A stretch of DNA of 64,000 bases, taken from positions 1,792,001 to 1,856,000 of the forward strand of contig OZ244960.1 of NCBI GenBank assembly GCA_965222605.1, given 5' to 3'. Below, one piece after another: positions 51,467 through 61,931 of the stretch. The notes below the pieces were generated by a model that made no database searches, was not told where the DNA came from, and saw only the letters and a list, made by a program, of their open reading frames with translations. Both the position numbers and the translations under genes were made by a program. Every line of letters begins with the position of its first letter. The stretch's first letter is position 1. This DNA is from Candidatus Latescibacterota bacterium (lineage in GTDB: Bacteria > Latescibacterota > UBA2968).

Positions 51467-52465
51467 TCACCGCTGATCAATAACCACAGGGGAACCCGAT
51501 TTTGAAGACGCATAAGCTGCGCAAAAGAGCTCAACAGACTTTCGGCCCTCTTCACCCGACACCACAGGGGCCGTGCCTTTGGTGATTGCAGAAACCATAT
51601 CCTCTGCAATATCGGCAGGCGCATCGGGCACTTCAAAACGGCTCAAATCTACCAATTCCTCATCCTTTGTCATCACTTCTATACCGCCGCGTTGATCCCA
51701 CCGTACAGTGCCTTCCGTGCCGCTGATCTCCACTTGTGTCCCCAAATTTGGATAACTCGATGTCGTGGTCGTAATCAGCCCCCACGCGCCGCTTTGAAAT
51801 GTCAACTGTGCAATTGTAATATCTTCAGTTTCAATATCGTGTGTCATGGTTGCACTGCGCCCATAAACTTCCTTTACCGGGCCGAGCAACCAGCAGATGA
51901 GATCGACAAAATGCACACCCTGATTGGCTATCGAGCCGCCCTCTGTCTCTTTGCGGCTACGCCACCCCACGGGAAAGCCCCCATTGTAATAGCTCTGCTC
52001 GCGCCACCACTTCATCTTCACATCACCCAAAAAAATCTGTCCAATGATCCCCTGATCAATGGCGGCCTTCAATTGCTGGTTTACCTTAGAATAGCGATTC
52101 CCAAAATCCACTGCCAGAACCTTCCCCGCATCTTTTGCCGCCTGAATCGCCGCATCGCACTTTTCTACGAGAATATCCATCGGCTTGGTGACAAATGCAT
52201 GTTTGCCTGCTTCTATCGCTTCAATGGCGTAATCGCAATGCGTGCCACTAGACGTATAGATACCGATCGCATCGATATCATCGCGCGCAAACATTGCCTT
52301 GTAATTCGTCGTCCAGTCGCATCCATACTTTTCGGCCTGCTCCACGGCCTTGTCTTCCTGTAAATCGCACACGCAAACCAACGCACTGCCCTCTGCTGCT
52401 GCCACCTGTTTTGCTGCTTCGCGGCCGCGCCCCAATCCCATAATACCAAATCTAACGCTCGACAT
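51467..52465 (-). CDS. Gfo/Idh/MocA family oxidoreductase
   Basis: GLGRG, AGKH...KP, GGSI..QG.H..D. Confidence 0.9.
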   Translation of the reverse strand: MSSVRFGIMGLGRGREAAKQVAAAEGSALVCVCDLQEDKAVEQAEKYGCDWTTNYKAMFARDDIDAIGIYTSSGTHCDYAIEAIEAGKHAFVTKPMDILVEKCDAAIQAAKDAGKVLAVDFGNRYSKVNQQLKAAIDQGIIGQIFLGDVKMKWWREQSYYNGGFPVGWRSRKETEGGSIANQGVHFVDLICWLLGPVKEVYGRSATMTHDIETEDITIAQLTFQSGAWGLITTTTSSYPNLGTQVEISGTEGTVRWDQRGGIEVMTKDEELVDLSRFEVPDAPADIAEDMVSAITKGTAPVVSGEEGRKSVELFCAAYASSKSGSPVVIDQR

Positions 52466-55172
52466 TTGAATCTCCCTCTGAAAGCACAGCCAGATTATCC
52501 CGCAACTTCGATAGCGTCTCCCGATACTCGCGCTCGCGCTCGCGCTCTTTTGTCACGACCTCTGCAGGGGCATTGTTCAAAAAACCTGCATTGCTCAACT
52601 TCTTTTTTAATCCGCCCAGTGCCTTTTCCAATCCCCCAATCTCCTTCTCCAATCTCTGGCGTTCCACAGTGAGATCAATCACACCGGCCAGAGGTACGAA
52701 AATTTCCACATCGCCAACCACAGCACTCGCAGACGCTTCCGGGCGTTCCAAAGCCGCACCGAGGGTCAAATTTTCAATGCGCCCCAACGCCTTCATATAG
52801 CCCTGAACAGACGCCAAAATCGCACGCGTCTCCTCAGAACTCGTCTTACAAACCACATCCACGCGCTTGCCCGGTGGAATACGCATTGTACCTCGAATAT
52901 GGCGTACAGCACCTACCACATCCCGCATCAAAGCCATTTCTCGCTCGGCTGCTTTATCAAATTGCGTTTTGTCGCATTTGGGCCAGGACGCGACAATAAG
53001 TGCTTCGCCTTCGCGTGGAAATGTTTGCCACAACGCCTCAGAAATAAAAGGCGCGATAGGATGCAGCAGGCGCAACGTGCCTTCGAACACAACACACAAA
53101 ATCGACTGCGCGGTTTGACGGGCGGTTTGATCATCGCCATACAGGCGCACTTTCGCCATCTCCACATACCAATCGCAATACGCGCTCCATACAAAATCGT
53201 ACAGCGCACGCGCCGCTTCGTCAAAGCGATACGCCTCCAAAGCCTCTGTAACCTGCAACACCGTGCGGTTGTACAAACTCAAAATCCATCGATCAGAAAG
53301 GTCCGTAATCGGCTCGGGTGCCGTCTGCAACGCCGCATCGCGGATGTCGCGATCATCCAGATTCATTTGCACAAACCGCGCGGCATTCCAAATTTTGTTG
53401 CAAAAATTGCGACACATTTCGGCGATAGGCGAATCTTGCAACTTATTGTCCTTCACATCGGCATCAAACCGAATATCCTGCGCACTGCCGCATTGATACA
53501 AAAGCGACAGGCGCGTGGCATCTGCGCCATAGCGTTCGATCAATTCGCGCGGATCAATCCCAGTACCCAGCGACTTGCTCATGCGCTTGCCATCGCGCGT
53601 TTGCACTGTGGGATGAACCAGCACCGCCCGAAACGGAATCTCGCTCACAAATTCAACAGCCGTCATAATCATCCGAATTACCCACAAATACAAAATATCC
53701 CGCCCTGTAATCATCAAATCTGTCGGGTGAAACAGCTTCAAATCCTCTGTATCTTCGGGCCACCCCAGCGTTGCAAAAGGCCACAGCGCCGAGGAAAACC
53801 ACGTATCGAGCACATCCGGGTCTTGCGTCAACTGCTGGCTGCCACACGTTGTACACACTTCGGGAGGCTCTGCATTCACAATCACCTCACTGCAATTTTC
53901 GCACGTCCACACTGGAATGCGGTGTCCCCACCACAGTTGCCTTGAAATACACCAGTCGCGGATATTCTCCAGCCATGCAATCGAATATTCCCGAAACCTA
54001 TCCGGCACATAAGCGATCTTTTTTTCGCGCATCAGGGGCAAAATCAAATCGGCCAAATCGCTCATCGCCACAAACCACTGCTCCATTGGCATCGGTTCAA
54101 TCACCGTGCCACAGCGATCGTGATGCGGCACCGCGTGGGTATAATCCTCAATTTTTTCCATCAAACCCAAATTGCCGAGTGCCTCGACCACCGCCTTGCG
54201 ACACGCATACCGGTCCTGCCCGGCGTAAACACCCGCATTCTTCGTCATCTGGCCGCTCAGGCCAATAACCGCGATTTCGGGCAAATCGTGACGCTGTCCT
54301 ATCTCGTAATCATTGGGATCGTGTGCCGGCGTCACCTTCACTGCACCGCTCCCCATTTCCGGATCGGCATAGTCATCTGCCACAATGGGAATGGGGCGAT
54401 CCATAAGCGGCAACATCACCATTTTACCCACGGCATCTCGCCATCGCGCATCAGATGGATGCACCGCCACCCCGGTATCGCCCAGCATGGTTTCCGGGCG
54501 CGTTGTCGCCACAACCACATCGGGCGCAGCATCTATCCCTTTGTATCGAATATGCCACAGATGGCTATCAATCTCTCTTTCTTCCACCTCGAGGTCGGAA
54601 ATCACAGTGCCACACTGTGGGCACCAGTTCACCATGCGTTTGCCCCGATAAATCCAGCCCTTCTCGTAAAAACGCACAAATGTCTCCAACACCGCCCGAA
54701 CGTACTCCTCATCCATTGTAAACCGCTCGCGCGACCAATCATAACTACAGCCCAACTCGCGCAACTGTCGCAAAATTGTACTTCCGTATTTTTCCCGCCA
54801 GACCCATATCCGCTTCAACAAGGCTTTGCGCCCAATTTCGCGGCGCGTCTTTTTTTCGTTTTCCCAGATCTCCTGCTCTACCTTCATCTGCGTGCCAATA
54901 CCCGCGTGATCCGTACCGGGCAAACACAGCGTGCGAAATCCCTGCATCCGCTTGTACCGAATCACCGCGTCGTGAATCGCGTGCTGTAGCGCGTGGCCCA
55001 TGTGCAACTCCCCCGTCACATTGGGCGGCGGAATCGTCACCGTATAGGCGGGACCCGTCTCGCGAAACTCCGGGCGAAAATATCCCTTCCTGTGCCAGAA
55101 ATCATACCATGTCTTCTCAATATCTTTTGGATCGTAGGCACGCTCCAAAGCTTTATTCTTCATCGTCTCCAT
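52452..55172 (-). CDS. valS: Valyl-tRNA synthetase
   Basis: PPPNVTG.LHMGHA, DWCISRQLWWGH, RMSKS, C-terminal coiled coil. Confidence 0.98.
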   Translation of the reverse strand: METMKNKALERAYDPKDIEKTWYDFWHRKGYFRPEFRETGPAYTVTIPPPNVTGELHMGHALQHAIHDAVIRYKRMQGFRTLCLPGTDHAGIGTQMKVEQEIWENEKKTRREIGRKALLKRIWVWREKYGSTILRQLRELGCSYDWSRERFTMDEEYVRAVLETFVRFYEKGWIYRGKRMVNWCPQCGTVISDLEVEEREIDSHLWHIRYKGIDAAPDVVVATTRPETMLGDTGVAVHPSDARWRDAVGKMVMLPLMDRPIPIVADDYADPEMGSGAVKVTPAHDPNDYEIGQRHDLPEIAVIGLSGQMTKNAGVYAGQDRYACRKAVVEALGNLGLMEKIEDYTHAVPHHDRCGTVIEPMPMEQWFVAMSDLADLILPLMREKKIAYVPDRFREYSIAWLENIRDWCISRQLWWGHRIPVWTCENCSEVIVNAEPPEVCTTCGSQQLTQDPDVLDTWFSSALWPFATLGWPEDTEDLKLFHPTDLMITGRDILYLWVIRMIMTAVEFVSEIPFRAVLVHPTVQTRDGKRMSKSLGTGIDPRELIERYGADATRLSLLYQCGSAQDIRFDADVKDNKLQDSPIAEMCRNFCNKIWNAARFVQMNLDDRDIRDAALQTAPEPITDLSDRWILSLYNRTVLQVTEALEAYRFDEAARALYDFVWSAYCDWYVEMAKVRLYGDDQTARQTAQSILCVVFEGTLRLLHPIAPFISEALWQTFPREGEALIVASWPKCDKTQFDKAAEREMALMRDVVGAVRHIRGTMRIPPGKRVDVVCKTSSEETRAILASVQGYMKALGRIENLTLGAALERPEASASAVVGDVEIFVPLAGVIDLTVERQRLEKEIGGLEKALGGLKKKLSNAGFLNNAPAEVVTKEREREREYRETLSKLRDNLAVLSEGDSNVER

Positions 55173-55210
55173 TACTCCTTATTAGCGGTCAGCCCTCAGA
55201 TCCTTCTTTC

Positions 55211-56734
55211 CTAAACCGAATAACTTCGCCACCCCTCATAAATCGTTCGCACAGATACTTTAATCACCGCTGTTGTGGGCACGGCCAATAACATGCCAAC
55301 TGCGCCAAACAATTCGCTGCCGACGAGCACTGCAAAAATGACGAGCAGAGGATGCAAATTAACACTGCGCGCAACCACTACGGGGGCGACAAACACATTA
55401 TCTACAATCTGTACGATGAGAAAAACAATAATCACTGGCAGAACCACGCCAAAACTCAGGGCAGAATATTGCAATACAGCGGCAATAACACCGGCAACAA
55501 TTCCAATTAAAGGTCCCAGATAGGGAATCACATTGGCCAAACCCGCGAGAAGGCCAATCACCAAAAAATGTTCCAGATCGATGATGTAAAGCCCGGTAAT
55601 TGATAAAAGCGAGACAATCATCACAGACAACACCATACCACGTATATAGCCGCCCAATTGCCCGTCAATGCGATATAACAAATTTAATACCAGCTCAAAA
55701 TATCGATTTGGCACCAACTCGATAATCGCGCGCTTAATCGTTCTGCCCTGTCCCAAAAAGAAAAATAACACAAAAGGCACAATAATGAAAAATGTAAGTC
55801 CCGATAGCAATTGTCCAACCAATCGGGGGGTCTCCTTAAACAAATCTGTGGCGATGCCCCGCAAACGCGCATTGATCGCATGTAACACATCTCTGCTTTC
55901 GAGCAGGGGCATCCATTCTTTGAGCATAGGCATCCATTTTTCGAATCTGGCATGAAAGGTTTCAATATAGGCTTTTACAAATACCAGATATCCCGTCTTG
56001 TATTTCCCAAACGTATGTTGTGTTGCCGACATTAAAATTTTAGATGTCCCAAATTGAACCGACTCCGTGGGTTCCATAGCCAATGAGTCTGAAACCGATG
56101 ATACACCCTCAATATTCCCTCTAAGTGTCAACACAATGGAATCTTCCCGCCCACCATAAAAACCGTACAATCTCAAAAACGCCTGGCGAGACTCATGCAC
56201 GTGTGGAGAAAATACCACACGCAGTGTGTCTCGTCCACCAACGACTTTTGGACTGGCCTGTGGAGGCCAGGAAAAGACAGCGGATTCCACGTCTCGCCCA
56301 CCGGGTGCCAATTTCAGGGGCAGGCCATCGACCTTAAAATCCTCGAGTTCGCTCTCAAAACGATCAATCGTCACCACGGCATCGCCCGTATTTTCCACCA
56401 CACAGTACCATGTGCCCTGCTCACCAATAATGCGCTCGACCATATCCTCGGTACTGCGCACAATCACAGGCGCGACCACAATGAGGGGAATGAACACAAT
56501 TGCAAAAACAGTGATCAAGACCACAACCACAGCGACCAGACGATTTAAGCGATACGACTCGAGCAAATCGACTAAGGGCATTAACAAATACGACAGCACA
56601 AACGCAAGAAAAAAAGGAGCCAGAGTACTCCGAATGGTATATAACAGCCAGATCATCACAACGATGAGGCCCAAAAAAATCACAATACGCAAAATCTGAG
56701 CCGTGCCCATGCCGCCAGAAGAGGGTTCATTCAT
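55211..56734 (-). CDS. AI-2E family permease with an inserted Ig-like (ASH-type) domain
   Basis: PFFLA..LSYLL.P.V, IPYLGP, LHPL; insert VENTGDA...LAPG...LRVVFSP. Confidence 0.85.
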   Translation of the reverse strand: MNEPSSGGMGTAQILRIVIFLGLIVVMIWLLYTIRSTLAPFFLAFVLSYLLMPLVDLLESYRLNRLVAVVVVLITVFAIVFIPLIVVAPVIVRSTEDMVERIIGEQGTWYCVVENTGDAVVTIDRFESELEDFKVDGLPLKLAPGGRDVESAVFSWPPQASPKVVGGRDTLRVVFSPHVHESRQAFLRLYGFYGGREDSIVLTLRGNIEGVSSVSDSLAMEPTESVQFGTSKILMSATQHTFGKYKTGYLVFVKAYIETFHARFEKWMPMLKEWMPLLESRDVLHAINARLRGIATDLFKETPRLVGQLLSGLTFFIIVPFVLFFFLGQGRTIKRAIIELVPNRYFELVLNLLYRIDGQLGGYIRGMVLSVMIVSLLSITGLYIIDLEHFLVIGLLAGLANVIPYLGPLIGIVAGVIAAVLQYSALSFGVVLPVIIVFLIVQIVDNVFVAPVVVARSVNLHPLLVIFAVLVGSELFGAVGMLLAVPTTAVIKVSVRTIYEGWRSYSV

Positions 56735-56764
56735 GACTCGTCTTCCCCGTCCTCTTTTTGTTTA

Positions 56765-57690
56765 GAAGCTGTTTTAAAACTATTGTGAGTGAAGAAAAGG
56801 GTTGAAAAAGCGTATTCATCTGTCCAAATTTAGGTTAGCAAATCACCCTAAAAAGAAAGGACAAAGATGAATACGCAAAGGCAATATCCGACAAATGTCA
56901 CCCAAGCGCAATGGCAACTGCTGATCCCCTTGCTGCCCAAACGCAAATGGCGAAAAGGAGGTCCCGGACGCCCTCCTGCCAATTTGCGCCAAGTGTTCAA
57001 TGGCATCCTGTATCTGACGAAGACCGGCAGCCAATGGCGCATGCTACCCCATACCTTCGGCTGCTGGCAGACCGTGTATGGCTATTTCAATAAATGGCGC
57101 AAGCAAGGCATCTTTGAGCAGGTGCAACAGGCACTCACGCGGCGAGAAAGAAAACGGCAGGGACGTAAGCCTACCGCATCAGCAGGCTGCATTGACAGCC
57201 AAAGTGTCAAGACAGCAACACAAGGAAAATCAAAAGGTTATGATGCTGGCAAAAAGGTCAATGGACGCAAACGCCATCTTCTCGTTGATACCCTCGGACT
57301 CGTCATCAGCACCTATGTCTCGCCTGCTGATCTCCAAGACCGTGATGGCTTAAAGAAGGTGCTCAATCAGTATTTTGACACGGGAGAGACACGCTTACGC
57401 AAGCTATGGGTTGATGGCGGCTATCGAGGTGAAGACCTCAAGAAATGGGTCGCTGCTAAGAAGCAGACGCATAAGATTGATCTTGAGGTTGTCACCCCAA
57501 AAGGCAAAGGCTTTCAACTCGTCAAACGCCGGTGGGTCGTCGAGCGCACCTTTGCTTGGTTATTTAATTTTCGCCGACTATCAAAGGATTATGAAGACTT
57601 GACCGACAGTAGTGAAGCCTTTATTTACATCGTTATGATTTACCTCTTAATCAACAGACTCGCTTAAGCGAGGGGTTTTAAAACAGCTTC
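56765..57690 (+). mobile_element. Complete IS5-family insertion sequence (IS1031-like), 926 bp
   Basis: Perfect 16-bp terminal inverted repeats GAAGCTGTTTTAAAAC; TTA duplicated on both sides. Confidence 0.93.
56867..57667 (+). CDS. IS5 family DDE transposase
   Basis: W..LP..F..W.TVY.YF, IDSQSVK, GRKRH..VD..G, VDGGY, RWVVERTFAW. Confidence 0.96.
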   Translation: MNTQRQYPTNVTQAQWQLLIPLLPKRKWRKGGPGRPPANLRQVFNGILYLTKTGSQWRMLPHTFGCWQTVYGYFNKWRKQGIFEQVQQALTRRERKRQGRKPTASAGCIDSQSVKTATQGKSKGYDAGKKVNGRKRHLLVDTLGLVISTYVSPADLQDRDGLKKVLNQYFDTGETRLRKLWVDGGYRGEDLKKWVAAKKQTHKIDLEVVTPKGKGFQLVKRRWVVERTFAWLFNFRRLSKDYEDLTDSSEAFIYIVMIYLLINRLA

Positions 57691-58190
57691 TTAGCCGCCA
57701 GCTCATCTCGGGCAGCCTGCAAACTGTGATTGGTTTGCCGCAATCGCTCGGCGACAATCCGCGCGAGTTGAATGGCAATTTTTACCCCCAGATGCGGCCG
57801 CTGTTCCGCCAACTGGCGCAGCGCATCTCGCGAAAAAAGTGCCAATTTGGTATCTTCTACCACCACTGCTGCTGCTGTTCTCGGCGCATCTTCCAAAAGT
57901 GCAGTTTCACCAAAAAAGGATCCGGATTCAGATTGGGAAAGCAGCACTTTCTCACCGTCTTCGCCATCCTTCTGAATCACATCTACACACCCTTTTAACA
58001 CCACGTAAACCCCGTCTCCCGGAGCACCCTGTTCAAAAACTACATCGCCTGTTGAATACTTGCAAATTTTTAGAATTTGCACCACCGCCTGCAACTCTCG
58101 GCGATTCAGTTCCCGAAAGAGTGGAATAGCGCGCAATTTGGGAAATAGCGGCTTTTCGCGCTCTAACCATCGCTGTAAAAATCGATTCAT
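57678..58190 (-). CDS. Stand-alone cyclic-nucleotide-binding domain protein (C-terminus altered by IS)
   Basis: F.QG.PGD..Y....G.V, FFGE.ALL...PRTA. Confidence 0.9.
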   Translation of the reverse strand: MNRFLQRWLEREKPLFPKLRAIPLFRELNRRELQAVVQILKICKYSTGDVVFEQGAPGDGVYVVLKGCVDVIQKDGEDGEKVLLSQSESGSFFGETALLEDAPRTAAAVVVEDTKLALFSRDALRQLAEQRPHLGVKIAIQLARIVAERLRQTNHSLQAARDELAAKKLF

Positions 58191-58198
58191 CACAAATC

Positions 58199-58984
58199 CT
58201 ATACCCCTGCGCGATACGGCGCCACAGGTTCTGCTGCCCTTAAGCGTTCAAAAAAATCCAGTGCCTTTGGACGATAGCGCGATTCAATGTGTTGATCAAA
58301 AAATGCGCGCAATATTCGCGTTACCTCTGTGCGGTTTACTCCCCGCAAGAGGGAAATATCAATGCGGTCGGGGCGCCCTACTTGTAGATGCGCCATAAAA
58401 TTTACCGTCTCAAACTGCACGCGCATGCCCGCCCCTGCGTGCTTGCCACACAGTGTACCGCCCAGGCCGGGGCTGAACCCCAGGCGGTGCCCCTGGAGCC
58501 GAGCACCACATTGGACACACCCACTCATATGGGGGCGATAACCCACCGCACCCGCAGCGCGAATCTGGAAATACCACACCGGCACATCCAGCGCTATTTC
58601 AGCAATACCCCCTACCCATTGCATCGCTTCAAGTGCAATGCTAAACAAAAGTGGGTTGCGGTCTTCATCCTCAGTAATATAGTCCAGAAATTCGCATATC
58701 GCGCTTCCGGCTGCCATTCGACCGTAGTGTTGTTTTACCGGTTCAAAAGCGTGTACAATATCGCCTTCGCTCAATATTTGCAACTCTCGATTATCCTGCC
58801 GATAAAAAACATAGCGCCCCCATGTCATGGGTTCAAGGCTCGCGCCAAATTTGCTTTTGGGCCGTCGCGCTCCTTTGGCGACCAGACGCAACTTGCCGTA
58901 ATCGCGAGAAAACAGGACCACAACCTTGCTGCTTTCACTCATGCGAAAACCGCGCAACACCAACCCATCGGTCTGGCAAATCAC
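58199..58984 (-). CDS. recO: DNA repair protein RecO
   Basis: GLVLR....ES.K.V..FS...GK...AKGAR.PKS; Zn-finger C..CG. Confidence 0.93.
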   Translation of the reverse strand: MICQTDGLVLRGFRMSESSKVVVLFSRDYGKLRLVAKGARRPKSKFGASLEPMTWGRYVFYRQDNRELQILSEGDIVHAFEPVKQHYGRMAAGSAICEFLDYITEDEDRNPLLFSIALEAMQWVGGIAEIALDVPVWYFQIRAAGAVGYRPHMSGCVQCGARLQGHRLGFSPGLGGTLCGKHAGAGMRVQFETVNFMAHLQVGRPDRIDISLLRGVNRTEVTRILRAFFDQHIESRYRPKALDFFERLRAAEPVAPYRAGV

Positions 58985-59349
58985 GGCGACTCCAATGCTG
59001 TTGGTGGATTGGGATAGATCATATAAATCGATTCATTGGGATACACCATGCCATAGCGCTCTCGGGCAATGCGTTCAATCTCATCCAAATTGTTTTCCAG
59101 CAGCTTCGCCTCGCGTTCCAACATCGCATTCTGCTGGCGAATAGTTGCAATTTCCCGTTTCAATTCGGCAATTTGCTGCTTGCGCATTACGAGTTGAAAA
59201 AATCCACTGTCTCCTACAACAAATAAATAAACGGAAAGCACCACTGGTGCAAATATTAAAAATTTATTCAGGCGTCGCCCTGCACTTCCCGGTAATATTG
59301 GACTATTTTCCGGCAACACCGTACTTTGTCCCCGATAGAATGAGCGCAT
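58981..59349 (-). CDS. ftsB: Septum formation initiator FtsB/DivIC family
   Basis: TM helix + coiled coil + IERIARERYGMV.P.E. Confidence 0.85.
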   Translation of the reverse strand: MRSFYRGQSTVLPENSPILPGSAGRRLNKFLIFAPVVLSVYLFVVGDSGFFQLVMRKQQIAELKREIATIRQQNAMLEREAKLLENNLDEIERIARERYGMVYPNESIYMIYPNPPTALESP

Positions 59350-59374
59350 AACACAATCTCCAATGTCGGTTGTC

Positions 59375-60532
59375 CTACCTCCGATTTAACACAACCATAT
59401 CATCTCGATGGATAACCACCGCGCCATTGTTGATCCCGAGAATTTCTGCAACTTCTGGCGTTTTTTTTCCGCGAATACGTCGCACATCATCGGCGCCAAA
59501 TCGCGTTAAACCGCGCGCGATCTCAACGCGTTGTTCTGATTCAACGCCAATGAGTTCACCAACTTCAAAATCGCCAATAACGCGGATAATACCCGAAGGC
59601 AACAAACTTTTGCCCCCATCACTCAAAGCAACTACTGCGCCATCATCTACAACCACACCCCCTCGCTTTCGGGAATGCGCCAACCACAAATCTTTGCTGT
59701 TCAAACTGCGATTATCCGCCCCAAATAACGTGCCGCAATCTGCTCCATCCAAAATTTCGCGCAAACCGTTTGTACATCCATTTGCAATCACCGCCATCTG
59801 TCCACCTTGTATCACAGCCTCGGCTGCCCTGAGTTTTGTGCGCATTCCCCCGCGCCCCAGCGCACTTCCCGAAGACCCCACAGTGGCGTAGATTTCTTCA
59901 GGCATCCCGCGCACAAACCGAACCAATTGCGCGTTTGGGTCTTTTGCGGGATCACTTGAAAACAACCCATCAACATCGGTCAGCAACACCAGCATGTCCG
60001 CATCCACCAGATGCGACACCATCGCAGATAGGCGATCATTTTCGCCCACAGACAATTGCAATTCTTCCACCGCCACGCTATCGTTCTCATTGACAACAGG
60101 CACAACGCCATACCGAAACAATTGATCTAATGTATTGCGCGCATTCACATATCGCGTGCGATTGTCCAGATCATCCGATGTCAACAACACCTGCCCCACC
60201 GGAATACCGTGTGCCTCAAATGCCCGTTTGTAAGCATCCATCACCAATCCCTGCCCCACCGCAGCCGTAGCTTGCAAATCGGCCAAACGCCTCGGCCGAT
60301 TACTCAGCCCCAATTGCCCCATGCCGGCACCAACGGCTCCAGATGTCACAATTGCCACCTGTAAACCGCGATCTCTCAAACACGCCACATCAGCGGCCAG
60401 GCGGTCAATCACCGCAAGATTCAATGTATTGCCATGTGCCGTCACCACGCGCGTACCCAATTTTACCACCACCCGCCGCACATTGGCAAACAGAGCTTCG
60501 CGGTTGATTTCGTGTTCTTTCGTCCCACTCAT
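59375..60532 (-). CDS. proB: Glutamate 5-kinase
   Basis: VVKLGT, SGAV..G, NENDSV, GGM.TKL, PUA domain. Confidence 0.96.
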   Translation of the reverse strand: MSGTKEHEINREALFANVRRVVVKLGTRVVTAHGNTLNLAVIDRLAADVACLRDRGLQVAIVTSGAVGAGMGQLGLSNRPRRLADLQATAAVGQGLVMDAYKRAFEAHGIPVGQVLLTSDDLDNRTRYVNARNTLDQLFRYGVVPVVNENDSVAVEELQLSVGENDRLSAMVSHLVDADMLVLLTDVDGLFSSDPAKDPNAQLVRFVRGMPEEIYATVGSSGSALGRGGMRTKLRAAEAVIQGGQMAVIANGCTNGLREILDGADCGTLFGADNRSLNSKDLWLAHSRKRGGVVVDDGAVVALSDGGKSLLPSGIIRVIGDFEVGELIGVESEQRVEIARGLTRFGADDVRRIRGKKTPEVAEILGINNGAVVIHRDDMVVLNRR

Positions 60533-61326
60533 GTCAAATCAATTTCGATTTTGGGGCGCACTGGCACCCCGCGTTCTGCGAGATACGTTTTGACTTCCGC
60601 AATACTGTATTGATTGTAGTGAAAAATCGACGCAGCCAGTGCCGCGCTCGCCTTGCCTTCGGACAATACCGCGTACATATCCTCTGGCCCACCAGCACCC
60701 CCAGACGCTACAATCGGTACATCCACGCGCTCGGCAACCACGCGGTTTAGCTCAATATCGTATCCATCTTTTGTACCATCTGCATCAATACTGTTCAAAA
60801 CCAATTCTCCCGCGCCGCGATCCACCAGTTCTTCAGCCCATTCGAGGGCATCTCGTCCAGTATATGTGCGCCCGCCATTGATGACCACTTCCCAGCACAC
60901 ATCCTCTATTTGATCGGGATTTGGTCGTCGAATTGCATCTATTGACCCTACAATTGCCTGCGAGCCAAAACTTTCAGCCCCCTGCGTAATAATTTCAGGC
61001 GTGTGTATGGCCGCCGAATTGATCGACGCTTTTTCCGCGCCCCCTTCGATAATTGTGCGAATATCCTGATATGTGCGAACACCCCCGCCAACCGTAAAAG
61101 GAATAAACACCTCTTCAGACACACGACGCACGAGTTTGCCGACAATATCGCGCTTCTCCGCCGATGCTGTAATATCGTAAAACACCAGTTCATCTGCGCC
61201 TTCTGCATCATAGCGTCTCGCCAGCGCAATGGGATCGCCAGCGTCTTTATCGGCTGAAAACTTGACCCCGCGCACATTGCGACCGTTTTTTACATCTAAA
61301 CACGGGATAATTCGCTTGGCCAACAT
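60529..61326 (-). CDS. hisF: Imidazole glycerol phosphate synthase cyclase subunit
   Basis: [33 protein letters not shown]. Confidence 0.97.
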   Translation of the reverse strand: MLAKRIIPCLDVKNGRNVRGVKFSADKDAGDPIALARRYDAEGADELVFYDITASAEKRDIVGKLVRRVSEEVFIPFTVGGGVRTYQDIRTIIEGGAEKASINSAAIHTPEIITQGAESFGSQAIVGSIDAIRRPNPDQIEDVCWEVVINGGRTYTGRDALEWAEELVDRGAGELVLNSIDADGTKDGYDIELNRVVAERVDVPIVASGGAGGPEDMYAVLSEGKASAALAASIFHYNQYSIAEVKTYLAERGVPVRPKIEIDLT

Positions 61327-61327
61327 C

Positions 61328-61930
61328 CTACACTTTCTCCGCAAAATTCTTTAAAATTTTCAAACCCGCATCCTGACTTTTCTCGGGGTGAAACTGCACA
61401 CCAAAAGCCCGACCATTTCCGGCAATTGACGCATAATCAATCCCGTAATCCGTCACCCCCACCACATCTTCATCGCGCTGGGACACCACAAAAAAAGAAT
61501 GGACAAAATAAAAATAAGACCCATCGGGCACGCCATCTAATAGTGATGTCTCGCGCTGAATTCGCACCTCATTCCACCCAATTTGCGGAACGCGCTGCCC
61601 TTCGGGAAAACGCTTCACTTTTCCCGGCAAAATGTCCAATCCCCTATGCTGCCCCATTTCTTCACTCTCGGCAAACATCAATTGCAATCCCAAACAAATA
61701 CCCAAAAAGGGTCGGCCTTCTAAGATAGCCCTTACAATGGGCGCAATCAATCCCGATGTTTTCAGATTGTTCATCGCATCGCCAAACGCCCCCACGCCGG
61801 GCAGCACAACGCGCTCGGCGGCATCGATATCCTCGGGTCTATCGACAATAACAGCCTTCGCCCCAACGTGTTCAAACGCCTTTTGGACACTTCGCAAATT
61901 CCCCATCCCATAATTGACAATCGCAATCAT
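61328..61930 (-). CDS. hisH: Imidazole glycerol phosphate synthase glutaminase subunit
   Basis: YGMGNL.SV, LPGVG, GICLG.Q, QFHPEKS. Confidence 0.97.
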   Translation of the reverse strand: MIAIVNYGMGNLRSVQKAFEHVGAKAVIVDRPEDIDAAERVVLPGVGAFGDAMNNLKTSGLIAPIVRAILEGRPFLGICLGLQLMFAESEEMGQHRGLDILPGKVKRFPEGQRVPQIGWNEVRIQRETSLLDGVPDGSYFYFVHSFFVVSQRDEDVVGVTDYGIDYASIAGNGRAFGVQFHPEKSQDAGLKILKNFAEKV

Positions 61931-61931
61931 C

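Noticed and set aside
52527-52547. CGCTCG microsatellite in valS
   Set aside because: Encodes EREREREY in the normal C-terminal coiled coil
53845-53860. GTTGTACAC resembling the hairpin-element core
   Set aside because: Flanks do not match and it encodes the native CxxC zinc knuckle of ValRS (VCTTCG); similar short matches in recO and cusA were also discarded
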